This document shows, one piece after another, positions 48,781 to 64,000 of a stretch of 64,000 nucleotides of DNA. The first letter of the stretch is position 1. The number at the start of each line of letters is the position of its first letter. Origin of the DNA: the human T2T-CHM13v2.0 reference genome, Homo sapiens; NCBI RefSeq assembly GCF_009914755.1, contig NC_060926.1. One strand, given 5' to 3'. Made by a program: the position numbers and the translations under genes. The notes beneath the pieces are model-generated. The model made no database searches and was not told the origin of the DNA. It was given only the letters and a program-made list of their open reading frames with translations.

Positions 48781-50384
48781 CTTTTTAATAACATAATTTA
48801 TCCTTCTAGAATATGAATGTTGGTCTATTTGATGATGTCCCACAGATTCATTAGTCTCTGCTCATTGTTTATTTTTTATTCTTTCTGTTTCTCAGAGTCA
48901 GTATTTTCCATTATCTTCTCTTCAAGTTCATGGCTTATTCTGTGTGTGCAAATAGACTCTTAAATCCCTCTGGTGATTTTGAAATTTTTATCATTGTAGT
49001 TTTCCATTCCAGAATTTCTGTTATCTCTTTGCTGATATTCCTGCTTTTTAATATTTTTTTCTGATTCCTTTATTTCTTTGATTATGTTTTCCTTTTGACA
49101 TTTGAGTATAATGAAGAGAGTTGTTTTAAAGTCTTTGTCTAGTAAGTTTGATGTCTGGGTTTCCTTAGGGATATTTTCTGTCAATTTATTTTGTTCCTTT
49201 GAATGAGCCACACTTTCCCATTCTTTGTATGCCTTGTAACGTTTTTTGAAAACTGGACATTCTAATAACTATAATTACTAAGTGGTTACTCTGCAAATCG
49301 AACACCCTCTACAAACACAGTAATGTTTTGTGGTTTTAAATTTTCTTTACTTATTATATTGTTAAGGATTTTTTTTTTAGTGAAATTTTCCAAAGTGATT
49401 TACAAAACTGTTTGCTTTATAAGGTGTGGTCACCGAAGTCTTTTTGTTTCCTTAACAAATGTTAAGCTAATGTTTTGACAGTGATTTTCTTGTATGTCAG
49501 GAACCAATCAAACAGGCAAATACAAGAAAAACAAAAAGGAAAACAAGTAATCATTGTCCAGCAAAATATGTCTCTAGGCCATGCAGACTGGCTTTGTGCT
49601 GGGTTCTTTAAAGCCGGCACAAAGTGTGTGTTCACTCTTGCACTGAGTGAAGTTCAAGTTCACTCTTGCACAGAGCTTGCACTGAGGGGAGGGATCGGCC
49701 AAGGTGAAAGTGTAGGGTCTTCTTATGACATTTGTCAACATGTGGCTTAACCTATGAATACATGTGACTTTCCAGACTCTCCCATGTACGTGAATGATTT
49801 TGTATGTCTTAGTTTTTGAAATACTCTTCTCCACCTTTTCTTACTGTGCTGAAGGTGATCTACTATATGTGTAAACTTTAATTTTTGCCCTAAGCATCTG
49901 TGGTTTGTTAAGTCTCCTTGCAGAGTTTCTTAATAATGTCCATTCCTTATCTGTTCTGTATTCAAGCAACACAGAAAAAAAAGCCTTTCATGAGTCCTTT
50001 AGGTATCCCCCAGACCAGTCAGAACAGACACATAATAACTTGCGGGTAAGATCTTCTCTTGTTCCTTTGGACCATGGACCAGGCTTCCTCACTGGGAACG
50101 TGGGCTTCTGACACTTCAAAACTGCCAATTTGCTGGGGCAAAGACAAGTTTAAAATGTCGTAAAGTTTTCCAGTTGTCTTTTTCTTGAGTCTGCTTTCAC
50201 TTGGTTGTTGTAATCTTTTGACCATTTTCCAGAGTTTTGGCAAAGTTTGTTCGGACAGTTTCTCTTAGTTGTGTGATGTTTCTGTGGGGAAATGACAGAT
50301 TGCAGCTGTCTCCACTGCCATTTTGCTGATGCTCCTCTTTTGTCAATTTTTGCTTCATGTTATTATGCTTTGTTATTAGTTCAT

Positions 50385-50815
50385 GTATTAGTTTTCTAGG
50401 GCTGCCATAACCAACTAACACAAACTGAGTGCCTTGAACAGCATACATTTATAGTCTTATAGTCCTGGAAGCTAAAAGTCTGAGATTGAGGTGTCAGCAG
50501 GGATGGTCCCTTCAAGGGCTATGAGAGAAAGCCTGTTCTGTGCCTTGTTTCTCGCTTCTGGTGGTTTAGTGGCAGTCTTTGGCATTCCTTGGCTAATCTC
50601 TGCCCTCATAATCACATGGTACTCTCCCTGTGTGTATGTCTCCCTCTACTCAAATTTCTTCTTTTAATAAGGACATCAGTCATATTGAATTCAGGCTCAT
50701 CTGATTGTATCTTAACTTGATCAGCTGCAAATAACCTATTTCCTAATGAGGTCATATTCAGTGGTTAGAATTTCAGCATCTATATAGAGGAAACAATTTA
50801 GCTCATATCTGTGCA
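50385..50815 (-). mobile_element. MLT1-type MaLR LTR
   Basis: TGTATTAGTTTTCTAGGGCTGCCATAAC...TAAGGACATCAGTCATATTG. Confidence 0.78.
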
Positions 50816-51480
50816 TACATGATTGTAATAGCTATGTCTTCCTAAAGCGTTGACCCCCTTTTTACTACAATATAAATTTTTAAAATCCTATTCACATTTT
50901 TAATAGTCTATATTGTGTGTTATGAGTATAATGAGTTCAGTGTTCTTATGATTGCTCTTTGTAGGATATTTTTTGTCATCTTTTTACTTTCAATCCGTTA
51001 GTATCCTTGCATCTCAGCGTATATTGGGATCACTTGTTTTAATCCGGTCTGACAATCTCTGCCTCTGGAATGGATTTTAATCTGCTCACATTTAAGATTA
51101 TAATTGGTATAATTCTATTTATGTCTGCCATTTTACCGTTTGTTTTATATATTTCCAAATATTTTTCTTTATTGCTTTATTTTGCAATGCAAGAATATTT
51201 TTTAAAATAGGGAACTTTAGATTACTAATGAATTATTTTATTATATATTTTTGAGACTTTTTATTGTTGTTGTAAGTTTACCATATAGGTGTATGGAAAA
51301 TTAATTATTCAAATCATCTTCCAATTTATACTATTAAACTTTTAGTAATACATAGAAACATCATTCTTATATAAATCATTTTTATTTCCTCCATTTTAAA
51401 GTATTATCACTTTACACATTACATCTATTAAAGTTACAAAGCCAACAATACATTTTAGTAATTATTACTTTACCATCTAG

Positions 51481-51901
<421 letters not shown>

Positions 51902-52284
51902 ATTATACACATGTTATTTAGTAAACAATTTATTATAAAGAGAAGAAATGCATTTTTACTGTCTTTTATAATGTCAATATTACGTATATCAGTGCTTTTT
52001 TTAAAATGTGGATTCAAGTGACTGTCTTCTGTAACTTGCTTTTAGCCTTAGGAATTTTTTTAGAGTTTTTTTTTTTTTATATGGTAGGTCTGCCAGCAAC
52101 AACTTCAGTTAATGTTTCTGTTTATCTGGCTAAGTCTTTGTGTTATTTTCATTTTTGAAAAATAATTGCTGGATAAGGAATTCGTGGCTGAGAGGTTTTT
52201 TTCCTTTGCATCTTTTGAATATATTATTCTACTGCCTCTTGCCTTCCATTGTTTCTCTTAAGTCAGCTGTTAATCTTACAAAAC

Positions 52285-52735
52285 ATAGGTGCTCAGAAAA
52301 TAAACATGTGCATGAATATTTACAGCAGTAATATTCATACAGTCAAAAAGTGGAAACAATCCATATGCTTGTTGACTCATAAAGGGACACCCAATTTTCA
52401 GCTATAACGAAGAATGAAGTACTTATATATGGTATAATATTGGTGAAATTTGAAAGCATTATGTTAAGTGCACAAAAGGACAAATATTACTTGATTTGAT
52501 TCACATGAAACATCAGGAATTGGCAAATCAATTGGGATATAAATCAGATTAGTGGTCATTAGGGCTCAGGGAAGCAGAATAGGGTGTAACCACTTTATGC
52601 ATAATGGGTTTTTGTAAGGGACATGATGAAATTGCCCTGGAACATGGTGAATATACTAAAAGCAAGTGCATTGTGTGCTTTAAAATGGTTGTTATTACTT
52701 TTGTATTATGTGATTTTTACCTTAAAAAAAAAGAG
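52285..52735 (+). mobile_element. L1M 3' end fragment
   Basis: AAAGTGGAAACAATCC...AAGCATTATGTTAAGTG...GGACAAATAT, ending in an A-rich tail. Confidence 0.6.
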
Positions 52736-53554
52736 AAAATAGCCTTACTCTATACATAATAAACTCAAGATATGTTACAAATTTACATGTGAAATCCAAA
52801 ATACTATAATATTTAAGGAATAGCTAAGTAGAATAACACTGAAATTTAACATAATGAAGCATTTCCTTAAAAAAGGAAAAAGCACAGTAATTAAAAAGGG
52901 AAATATATTTAATATTTTTTCTCTCCATTAAGCATGCCATTAACTGAGTAAAAAATCAAGCTGCAATTATGTAAACTACATTTTCTAAAACCATAAAGAA
53001 AAGAAGAAATAAAAAGGTATTTGGGAAAAAAATCCAAAGGTACAGTCAACTACACAAAAAAAGCTTAGTCTCATTAATCATTATGAAAATGCAAATGGTA
53101 GCTGAAAGAAGATAAAACTACAATTCAAAGACAAAGCCTAAAATTTCAAACCCCCAAAAAGTCTGGGTTTTGGAGATCTGGGATGGAATAGGGTTCCTAA
53201 CCTGACAACAATGAAAGAACCAAACTAACTTCAAAGTCATCACTTTATTTTTATAGCAACGAGGTTGCCAAGAACTGAGTCAAAATGTGAGGGAAAACAA
53301 GCACCTGCAAGGAGAAAGAGGACAGATGCACTTACATAGGACAGATGCAAATAGACACCACTATGACAAGTAAAGCTGGAATAATCAATAAATTCCTAAA
53401 GCAAAGTGGGGCTGGTGAGATTGGGAGACCGCTGACAGCTGCAGAAGTTGGGAAAGATCCATCATCTTGAAAACTTTTTCCCCACAAACCCACTGCGATC
53501 TCTCAAGCAATTGGTAAGGAATCCAAGAGAGTCTGTTTATGACACAGATCAGGG

Positions 53555-53845
53555 AGAGCAGAACACTTGGGAGGTGACCAGGTCTTGGGGGCCGAGCCCT
53601 TATGAATGGGATTAGTGCCTTTATAAAAGAAGCTCAATGGAGTTCTTGTGTGCCTTCCAATATGTGAGGACATAGAAAGAAGGCACCATCTATGAACCAG
53701 GAAATTGGCTCTCATCAACACTGAATTTGTGAGCATCTTGGCCTGAGATCTTACAGCCTCAAGAGTTGTGAAAAAAGAAATATCTGTTGTTTTTTAGTCA
53801 CCCAGTTTATGTTATTTTGTTAAAAGAGTCCAAACAGACCAAGAT
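53555..53845 (+). mobile_element. MaLR LTR fragment (MLT1A/MST-like)
   Basis: GAATGGGATTAGTGCCTTTATAAAAGA...CACCATCTATGAACCAGGAAA. Confidence 0.7.
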
Positions 53846-54767
53846 ATCACACTTAATATGTAGGGGAAGGCAAGAAAATCTGCCACACTTAGAATACTCC
53901 TGATGCTGGGAGTATGAAAACAGGAAAAACAAAACAAAACTGCTCTTGAAGGTGAAGGAGGAATATCACTGAGCTCACCAACACAGCCAGGAAAAGAACA
54001 GAAGTGTGAGAATGCTACATTCCTGAGACCCTGAGAAAAAGTACCTGCATAAGACTGAGATGAAATTACCTACTCTAGTTATGATTGAAATCCCAAAAAG
54101 AAAAGAGGGAAAAGTAATGAAGCAAAAGAAATATTTTTCAAAATAACTGCCAAAAATATTCTAAAAGAAGTGACAGAAAATCAAACTTCAAATATAGGAA
54201 ACTCAGAGAATGTCAAATAGAACAAAAAGAAATAAGAATTACATCTTGAAAAATCTTTAAAAAATCAAGTCTAAATTTTATATCTTGCTCCAAATATTTA
54301 GAGATATAAATAGGTTTTCATCAAGATATGGAGAAAGCCATATCATGGAAACACTAAAATAAAGCTGTGGAAGGACTACATTGATATTAGACACAACAGA
54401 GTTTGGAACAAGCAATAGTATCAGAGATGAGAGATAATAGATAATAGAATAATCCGTTCTCAAGAAGATGTAAACATCCTACTAATTAGGGTATGCAGCT
54501 AACAACAGAACCTCCAAATACATGAGGTAAAACATGAAAGAAATCAAAGGTGAACTAGAAAAATCCAAAATTATATTTGCAGACTTCAACACTTTTGTCT
54601 TAGTAATGGAAAGACTAGGCACAAACTCAGTAATCATGTGGAAGATAAGAACAACAATATCACCAACAAGACACCCAATCTTCAATGGCAGATACTCTTT
54701 CAAGTGAAAAAAAAAAAAAAAAGTATGGCATATTCTTTAACAAACCCAGAATTTCTAATATTTGCGT

Positions 54768-55375
54768 TCTTGCTTCCTTCTTTCCGTCTTCCTTTCTCTT
54801 CCCTTCCCTTGCTTCTTCCTTCCTTTCTTCTTTTCCTCTTCCTTTTCTTTCCTTTTTGCTTTTCCTTTCTTTTCTTTTTTCTCCTTCCTTCCTTCTTTTC
54901 TTCTTTCTTTCTTTCCTCTTATTCTTCCTTCCCTCCTCCCTCACTTCCTTTCTCCCTCCCTTTTCTTCCTTCTTTTCTCATATTCTTTCTTTCTTTCTCA
55001 CGTTCTTGCTTTCTTCCCTTTTTTCTCCCTTCCTCCTGCCCTCCTTTTCTTCCTTCCTCCCTCACTTCCTTTCCTCTTTTTCCTTCCTTTGCCTCTTTAT
55101 TTTCTTTGTTTCTTTGTCTTCCTCCCTTTTGCCATTCTCTCTTCCTCCTTTCCTTCCTCCTTTCCTTTCTTTCTTTCTTTCTCTCTTTCTCTCTCTCTTT
55201 CTCTTTCTTTCTTTCCTTCTTTCTTTCTTGTGTTCATGCTTTCTTTTTTCTCCCTTCCTGCCTTTCTCCCTTCCTCCCTCCCTCCCTTCCTTCCCTCATT
55301 TCCTCCTTCTTTTCTTTCTTCTTTATTTCCTTTCTTCCTTCTTTTTCTTTCTTTGTTTTCTTTCTTTCTCTTTAC
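54768..55375. repeat. Polypyrimidine (CT-rich) low-complexity tract
   Basis: About 600 bp of almost pure C/T. Confidence 0.95.
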
Positions 55376-55462
55376 TACAATTCATATTAGTTTAAAAAAA
55401 TTAAGAGAGGGAAACAGAAAAATAAAGAACGCTTTAATCTGCAGGTAAATAGATTATGTCTG

Positions 55463-56272
<810 letters not shown>

Positions 56273-57259
56273 AGTTTATACTGTAATTGTATCATGAAAA
56301 TGAGAACCATAATTTACAACTGCTTTTAATACTGCACTTGGATGTTTGAAATCACATACATGGAAATGATCTCTATGTGCATGAGGGAGGATAGCAAATT
56401 GATGCCAAAATAATGCAAATGCAAATCTTACACTCATTTCTATGTAGTTTTCATTTAATCTTTGAAATTAAAATGAAATTAAAAGATTGTGATATTTTGA
56501 TGAAATTAGACCGAAATGAACAATAACAAAATAAGAACTTACTTATATTCTTTATATGGTCAATAAAGAAGTGATAGTGGAAAAAAAACAAGATCAAATG
56601 AAGGTGATGATTTAGGAAGTTGGAAAGATAGCTGAAACTACAAAATGGTATATAACCAGAGAACACTTAGACACACTGATTGATGAACTTCAGCTTTTGG
56701 CTTGGTGAGAGCATAAAATGAGAGCAGCTGAGGTTTGCAAATTTGTAATCTCCTTGTGGAAAAACAGGGGAAAACACATCTCAGCCTAATAAGATTTATC
56801 TACTAAAGAGTCTAGACTTGATCCATTTGTCCTTGTAATTCAAAAGCTAATTCAAATACTGATTTGATGTGTGAACAACCATTGCTGATTATCATCGCAT
56901 ACCTGGCATTCTCTTTTATCTGATATCTAAAATATTTGGTAATTCCTGGACTTTCTCTTTTCAAACCCAGTACGGATTAATTTGAGTCTTAGAACAGTTG
57001 TCTTTGAGAAATTCTTCCCTCTACTGCATCTGTGAATGGGCATAGCGTGGTTACATACATACTGTCACTCCATAGAACATTTGTTAAATTAAAGCCAAAG
57101 TTTAAAGCAAGAGCTTTAACTTACTGGTTTTACTAATGTTTTCCTCCCCAATAGCCACAACAATATTGATACCCTCACACCTTTTAACATAAAGCTTGGT
57201 GTTGTCTATTTTTCAGGTGCTGTCATCTATATGATCTCAGTATTTTAAAAATCAGCTTC

Positions 57260-57584
<325 letters not shown>

Positions 57585-59162
57585 CTATGTAAATATGCAC
57601 AGATGATGTCCATATAGACATAAATAATAATATATCTGACAATGGGTCCTATGATCTTCAAAATCTAAAGTGCCTATCTGTGTAATTGACTGGTTAGTCT
57701 CATTAATGAATATAGATTCAATTCTACTTTCTTGTTCTAGATAAATTATATAATCTAGCTTTTCATTTCACTTATTTACTGATAACAACAGGAAGAATGA
57801 CAAGATATCTATTTTGGAAAATTACTCTGGTAGGAGTAAAGATGAAACAATGATAGAATTGCATGGAAAACTAGAAAAAAGTATGGTCTTCTGATATTCT
57901 ATCACATCACATACTAAAGGCCTCATAAAACTCAGACATATTATCTAAAAATGTTATTTTCATCATAGGAATGATCAAAGCATGAGACTACAATTGTATT
58001 ACATTGTGCTTGTATCACAATGTGCTTGTATCACAAGCACAGGTGCTAAAAAGGAGGGGAAAACATCATTACTGATATTTTCAACGTATGTTTTACCCTC
58101 CATCAACATGAACTTCAACTTTATATGATGCAGATTGAAGGAAATCACCCATAATTCCATAGAAAGAAGGCCTGTGATATTTTATGGGAAAATAAATAGA
58201 GAAAATGCTAACAGAAACCCTATTAAGCATGAAGCTTTATGGAGCAAACACAAATCCAGTGGTGAAAGATACACACTCGAGTTCTGTTTGTTGTCTTGGA
58301 ACAATACGTTTTAGGGGCGACTGGCGGGTGAGGAGAACATACGCGAGTTCACCAAAAAGAAAAGCTGAATGAGGCAATGCCTCTTCCTGACCATATCTCT
58401 TACTCAGATAACTATATAATTTATTGTCCAGTAAAGGGTATACTGAAAAATCATATTAAAAGTCATGGAGTGAAGTTGTCCAGGGAAATCAAGACTTAAC
58501 AGTCTCACTCTGACAACAATGAACAGGGGGGTTCCCTCGAGATAGACTAGGACATGACCCCACACTGGCAGGTAGTAGTACCAGAAAAGAACCCATGGAA
58601 AATCTTTACCTTATGCTAGAGGTAGGGACCAGGCTAAAGTGAAAGCCAGACATAAAATTCTATCTAAAATATATGCACAACTGAAGAAAATATGTGGTGT
58701 ACAGGCATAGAATGTCTTTACTGGATCATTGAAATAGTAAGATAAATTCAACATTTTACATTGTTTTCTTTTACTGCAGTTAGGGCTTGAGGTTTGTCTC
58801 TGGAGAGTGACTGTCAATTGGAGCCCTGCCTTTCTGGGGTTCTGGTCAGGGGGTTGTGGATGCTTAACATGTGCCTTTCATAGGGCACTTCCTTGCCCCA
58901 GCAGTGGCCAGGTTTGCATCCCACGACCAGGCCTCCTTCTCACAGAACATCTGTTGAGACTAGGAGATGCCTGGTGACTGTTGCCTGACCTATGTCCTGT
59001 GTATTTCTGACAAGAGCCACTCTCAGAGACCCTGGCCAGGAGGAGAGTTAGGTTCCAGTGTAGGTCAGATCAGAGACATGGAGGCCACAGGAACAAACAT
59101 GGGAAATCACAGAAGTAGGTTTATTACTCACAGATCCAGAGAGAAGAGGGTAGCTGAGAAGA

Positions 59163-59501
59163 GGGTTTAGCTGTGTCTCCAGCCAAATCTCATCTTGAAT
59201 TCCCACATGTTGTGGGAGGGAACAGGTGGGAGGAAATTGAATCGTGGGGGCAGGTCTTTCCCATGCTGTTCTTCTGATAGTGAATAAGTCTCACAAGATC
59301 TGATGGTTTTACAAAGAGGAGTTTCCCTGCACAAGCTCTCTTTTCTTGTCTGCTGCCATGTGAGACGTGCCTTTCACCTTGCACCATGATTGTGAGGCCT
59401 ACCCAGCTATGTGGAACTGTGCGTCTATTAAACCTCTTTCTTCTGGAAATTACCCAGTGTTGGGCATATCTTTACTGGTGGTGTGAAAATGGACTAATAC
59501 A
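59163..59501 (+). mobile_element. THE1/MST MaLR LTR
   Basis: CAAATCTCATCTTGAATT...GTGAATAAGTCTCACAAGATCTGATGGTTTTA...AAATGGACTAATACA. Confidence 0.88.
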
Positions 59502-61812
59502 GTAGCACACCTTACAAGGCTGAACAAAATGGGGAAGATGAGTGGGGAGCAGGAGAGAGAAAAGGGTCTGTGGGACTCCAGACTTCATTGGGCCCAGAAC
59601 ATTACCCAAATAAGTTTTCCACGGGGCACTAGTCGGTGGGGTGAGTGCCAGCAGGCACATTTCTTGACTCCCGCTGCAACCGAGCAGGTCACTCTGGCGT
59701 GTGGGGGCTGTCCATGTGCACTGTGAGGTCTGTGGGGTGAGTCAGGTAGGTTGTATCCAACGGTTCCATAGCTGGTAGTCACCAGGAGGAGGCAACTGTG
59801 TAGAGTCAATATCTGGGCCAGCCACACTGAGGAACTGTGAGGGTTAGAACTGGAAATTGTCAAGGGAATCTGAACCCAGCTACCATATGAGAGAGTTCAA
59901 CTTATGTTCAATGTGAATGCCATGGCAATATTACAAGGTAAGAATTCGCTCCATACGTGCTTGAGGTAAATAGGAGAAACCTAGAATTTATGTAAACAGT
60001 GAGAAGATTGGATGCGTTTTCCATCACATATTTTAATACTAGCAGCATATTATATATGTCAATGCATCAGGCATTCAGAAATACATGCTTATGAAAATTT
60101 TTTGCACCATCAGACAAAAGACAAGGGTAGAAGACATTTGTAACCCTATAAACACTAGTAAATTAAAAACAGAAAGACCTTTATGTCCTAACATATCTGT
60201 GTTGTGAAAGGCTGCCCTGTGAAATACGGGATTTCTTAAACATATTTTAAAAATCATAGGTGTCAATATTTTTTAGAAATCCATTTAAATTTTCTCTTGC
60301 TATTTTACTGCCTATTTATTTATTTAGTGGCTCTGCTGATTTTGATGAATATCCTAAACTTTACATTTTCCTTAAAGGATGTTTTATACAACTTTATGTA
60401 AAATGTTTCAGTATCTTCACATTCTCTCCCTGTCCTTTTGTTTTGCTCTTATATGGTGGTTTTGAGTCTTTTTTCTGGCTTTTCAAACCTAGTAAGACTA
60501 AGACACTAAAGTAACTTTTCCCGTGGTTTGGTAATGCCTTCTAAAGCACATCCTAAGCTCTCGTGCATACAGCGGTCTCCTTTGAGCTCTGTGCTTTTGA
60601 GATCCCATATACCTAAATTCCAGTACTCCAAATCAGTACTGCTCAGTTTTAGTTGCTAAGTTTAAAAGTGTATTTTAAAAGCAAGTTAGTTTAGTGCACT
60701 CTTGCTTCTTTCTTGACTGCTTGTATATATGTATATTCCTTTAAATGAATCTTGGAATTTATTTAAAAATTTTAAATTATACTAATGAAACTGTATATTG
60801 TTGTGAATTCATAGGTGAATTTGGAAAGAATTTGTCTTTATGATACTAAATCCTTTTAATCCAAGAATCATATGTGCCTTTATATTTATTCCAGTCTATA
60901 TTTATATCAGAGTAAATATATAGAAATGTAGATACATACAGCTGTAGTTACAGATACAAATATAGATATAACATGTTAAATCTATATCTATCCCATATAA
61001 CATATATACATGTTATATGTGTGTGTATATATATATGTTTATGTTATTAAAGAGCTCCCTTAAAATTTTTCTTTTCTTTCCTATATAATTTTAGGTCAAG
61101 CTTGAATTTTCCTTGTATAAACAAGCAAATATTTATACTAGTTTTAATACTGGTGTTTAGACATACTATCTTATTTTAGCATTGAATATTTTCACAATTA
61201 TTATAAATATTATCTAATATTAATAATGTACCTGTTAAAAATAGTTAAAATTTACCTTTGAATTATTTTATTGTTGAATTTAAATTCCTTTAATATGATA
61301 GTAAATTTCTATTTTATGCTTTCTCTATGCATATACAAATTAATCTATCCACTTCTCTATCTCTATGTAGTAACACATGAAAATCAGGCCTCTCTTCTTT
61401 TAGTGGACATACACATATTTGCATATAGAATATCAGACTCTTTAGAGCATTTAAAATCTTTAAAGTCATGAATATTGCCTTTTAATAAATATATTTTAGC
61501 ATGTACTGAGAATCCCCTATTTATTTTTAATTTGTGCTAATCAACATGATTATTAATATTATTGGATTACCAAATTTGGAAACACACTTTCATCTCCAAG
61601 GTGGATATTTGTTTTATTTTTTGCCAATTTCTTGTCTTACTCTTTCAAATATTGTTGGATATTATTTTTATTTTATTTGGCATTTTAGTATCAACATTGG
61701 TAATTGATGTACTCTACATATTTTTTCTTCGATATCTGGTGGGTTTTATAATTACTGCTATATTGGATTTGTAGTAGACATTGACAAAAATTATTCCTGT
61801 ATGTTTTATAGC

Positions 61813-62360
61813 TGTATGAAGGAAACTAATATATTTTACCCCTAAATATATTTCCTTGATATATTTCAAAATGGCTATTGAGAAGGGCTGGAAATGCTAA
61901 CATAGCTGCAAAGCTGTCTTGGGGAGATTTGCATTGGTAGAGAATCTGCCTTGATGCAGCCAGGCTTTCTCTGAGGTCTGCCCCCTTGTCTGGATCTAGG
62001 AAAGGTTAACTGAGAGTCTGAGGTCTCCAAAGGTCTGAAAGAAACATTTTCTGTCCATTCTCTCTGAGGACTGCTCCCAGTGAGGTTCCACCTATGTAAT
62101 AAGTCCACTCTTGCTAGCCAGGGTCGTTTTCTCACATAACCTTTTTTTTTTTTCCCTGTGATCCAAGACCCCATTCTTTCTGTAAACATCATGTGGTAGA
62201 TAAGCTTCTGCACGCATCGTGTGTCTGGGTCTTCGTTCTAAGGGCTCCAGTGTACACACATTGCAGAAACCTGTATGCCTTTTCTACTATGTATCTGCCT
62301 CCTATTAGTGATTTTCAGGGAAACTTCAGAAGGCAAAAGGGACATTCTCCTTTAGCCCAT
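61813..62360 (+). mobile_element. ERV1 LTR (MER34-like)
   Basis: TATTTTACCCCTAAATATATTTCCTTGA...GATTTTCAGGGAAACTTCAGA. Confidence 0.55.
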
Positions 62361-62522
62361 TCTCAGACAAAATCCCCCAACATTTAACTGATTCCTAATA
62401 GCTTAAAATAACTTTGAAAAATCCATATATTTATAACCTTTTCTTGGGTTTTGTTTTTCATTCCATTTACTTCATCCTCGAAAAGATCTATTTTACGTCT
62501 ATTTATTCTCATTTATGGACAT

Positions 62523-62978
62523 TGAGAAAAGAAAATAACTTTCATGTGAGAAATGCAAGTCCTTTTAAATAATCAGGCCCAGAGAGATATTCAAATGAGA
62601 CAGCAGTTCTGTCCTGCTCCTCTTTGAGCTGTGTGTTCATCTAGGCTGCTTGCTGTTGCCACAGTAGCTATAAATTAACCAATAACGCCACACCAGACAC
62701 TATAATCCACACCCAATAATAGTGTAACAGTGTATAGCCAGTCACTAATAAATGTTATTTCCATAAGCCAATGAGAATTTGTGACAAACCTCTTTGGATC
62801 ATCCCACTTCTGGACCCTTTTTTGCCTTTAAGAAACTGCTTGTTGCAAAGCTCCAAAGGGAGTTCATATCCAAGGATACTTGGGTCTGTTTCTTCCAGGC
62901 AGCTGTCCTCATCGTGGCTCAAGTAAAATCTTTGAATTACGTTGTGTGCTTCAGCCCCTTCCACTTAGATTAACAACA
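62523..62978 (+). mobile_element. ERV1 LTR (MER39-like)
   Basis: TGAGAAAAGAAAATAACTTT...GGGTCTGTTTCTTCCAGGCAGCTGTCCTCA...GGCTCAAGTAAA. Confidence 0.5.
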
Positions 62979-63089
62979 TGGATTTGTGTCACCATGTACG
63001 GCAATTAAAATGTTCACACTTTTCCCCTCGAGGGCACTGATGTGTTTTCCTGAGCACTTGGAATAGCTACGTAGTGTTTACTGTCTAGA

Positions 63090-63280
63090 TTATGGTTTCT
63101 CAACCTTGGTGCTACTCACCTTTAGGACCAGAGGATTCTTTGTTGTGGGAGGCTTCCCTAGCAATGCTAGGTGTTTCGTTTGACCTCTACATTTCACACC
63201 TCCACCAGTCTTGACATCCCCACAATAACCCTAGACATTGACAAATGTCTCCTGGGGAAAACTCTCCACAAGTTGACAGT
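63090..63280. mobile_element. MER20-like DNA transposon relic
   Basis: GGTTTCTCAACCTTGG...TCTTTGTTGTGGGAGGC...AGACATTGACAAATGTCTCCTGGGG. Confidence 0.7.
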
Positions 63281-64000
63281 CAAAGTTCTGGAAATATTGG
63301 AACTGTCAATTGAGATTTTATGTTATCCAAAACAAATATTTTTCTTTGTTTTTAAACATCTACTTCCATCTACTTATCTACTTATTTTTACTTTTATTTG
63401 TAACTTAATTCCATGAAGGAGAGAGAGTGCATTTTCTGTTATGCTAAATTTTTGAAGAATGTATTGATTTTTTCTGACCTGATATATGGATGATATGTAG
63501 ATAGTACATGTTTGTATTATCAAATTTCAGGACGATAATAAAATAAATACTTATAATATTTATATTGTCACTGTATATTAGTTATTTTCTTTCTTCACTA
63601 CAGGAGTTTTTCAACCTATAGGCTATTTTTCAATTCTAGGTTATCCAGTAGATTTTGAAATGTTATGATTAATTATCTACTTCTCAAGCATTCATCTTTG
63701 CAAATGAAACAATCCCAAGCTCTTATAATGCACATCATATAAAGGGCAGATTAGTCAATATATGGTTCAGAAATAATTATGTAATATTTATAAGAAAATT
63801 ACAAATTTAGATCCTTAATTCAGATAACAATAATCCAAATTAAAATTTGATTTCATTACATAATGTAAAATGACACCAGAATACTAGTAAAAATGTAGAT
63901 AAGTTTATATAATCTTTTTCAGCTGTAGGACTTCATTAGCATAAATTCAAATACAGGAATCAAAGTAAGATTGAGACCTATTGTCGAAGGTTAAAATGTA

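Noticed and set aside
58004-58036. 16-bp direct repeat TGTGCTTGTATCACAA
   Set aside because: Ordinary slippage micro-duplication with no associated structure.

Overview
Primate (human or great-ape) genomic DNA with the architecture of a pericentromeric segmental-duplication mosaic. I found no intact protein-coding gene, and nearly all ORF-track entries are repeat artefacts. Left to right: (1) 1-17288 is a GCCA/GCCAA satellite organised as a ~7.8-8.7 kb higher-order tandem unit, each copy carrying a ~2.8 kb array of ~10 tandemly amplified 5'-truncated Alus with one full-length Alu nested inside. (2) ~17.3-21 kb is simple repeats, unique DNA and Alus. (3) ~21-33.4 kb is an Alu-dense block containing a lone striatin (STRN) exon with intact splice sites. 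(4) ~33.4-41.8 kb is an immunoglobulin-kappa-derived block with an IGKV1 orphon (minus strand: open V exon, but mutated octamer, first ATG and RSS) and, head-to-head with it, a heavily decayed second V-kappa relic that the ORF track misses. (5) 41820-45124 is a CpG-rich GGGGCAAAAAGCCGCGGCGGC ('CAAAAAG') satellite with CGG runs. (6) 45.1-64 kb is AT-rich DNA made mostly of old L1/L2/LTR fragments. I do not see a new functional system. The most interesting observations are the V-kappa relic, the Alu-array/satellite composite unit, and hints that the satellite motif derives from the Alu array. Repeat subfamily calls and most boundaries are by eye and approximate.
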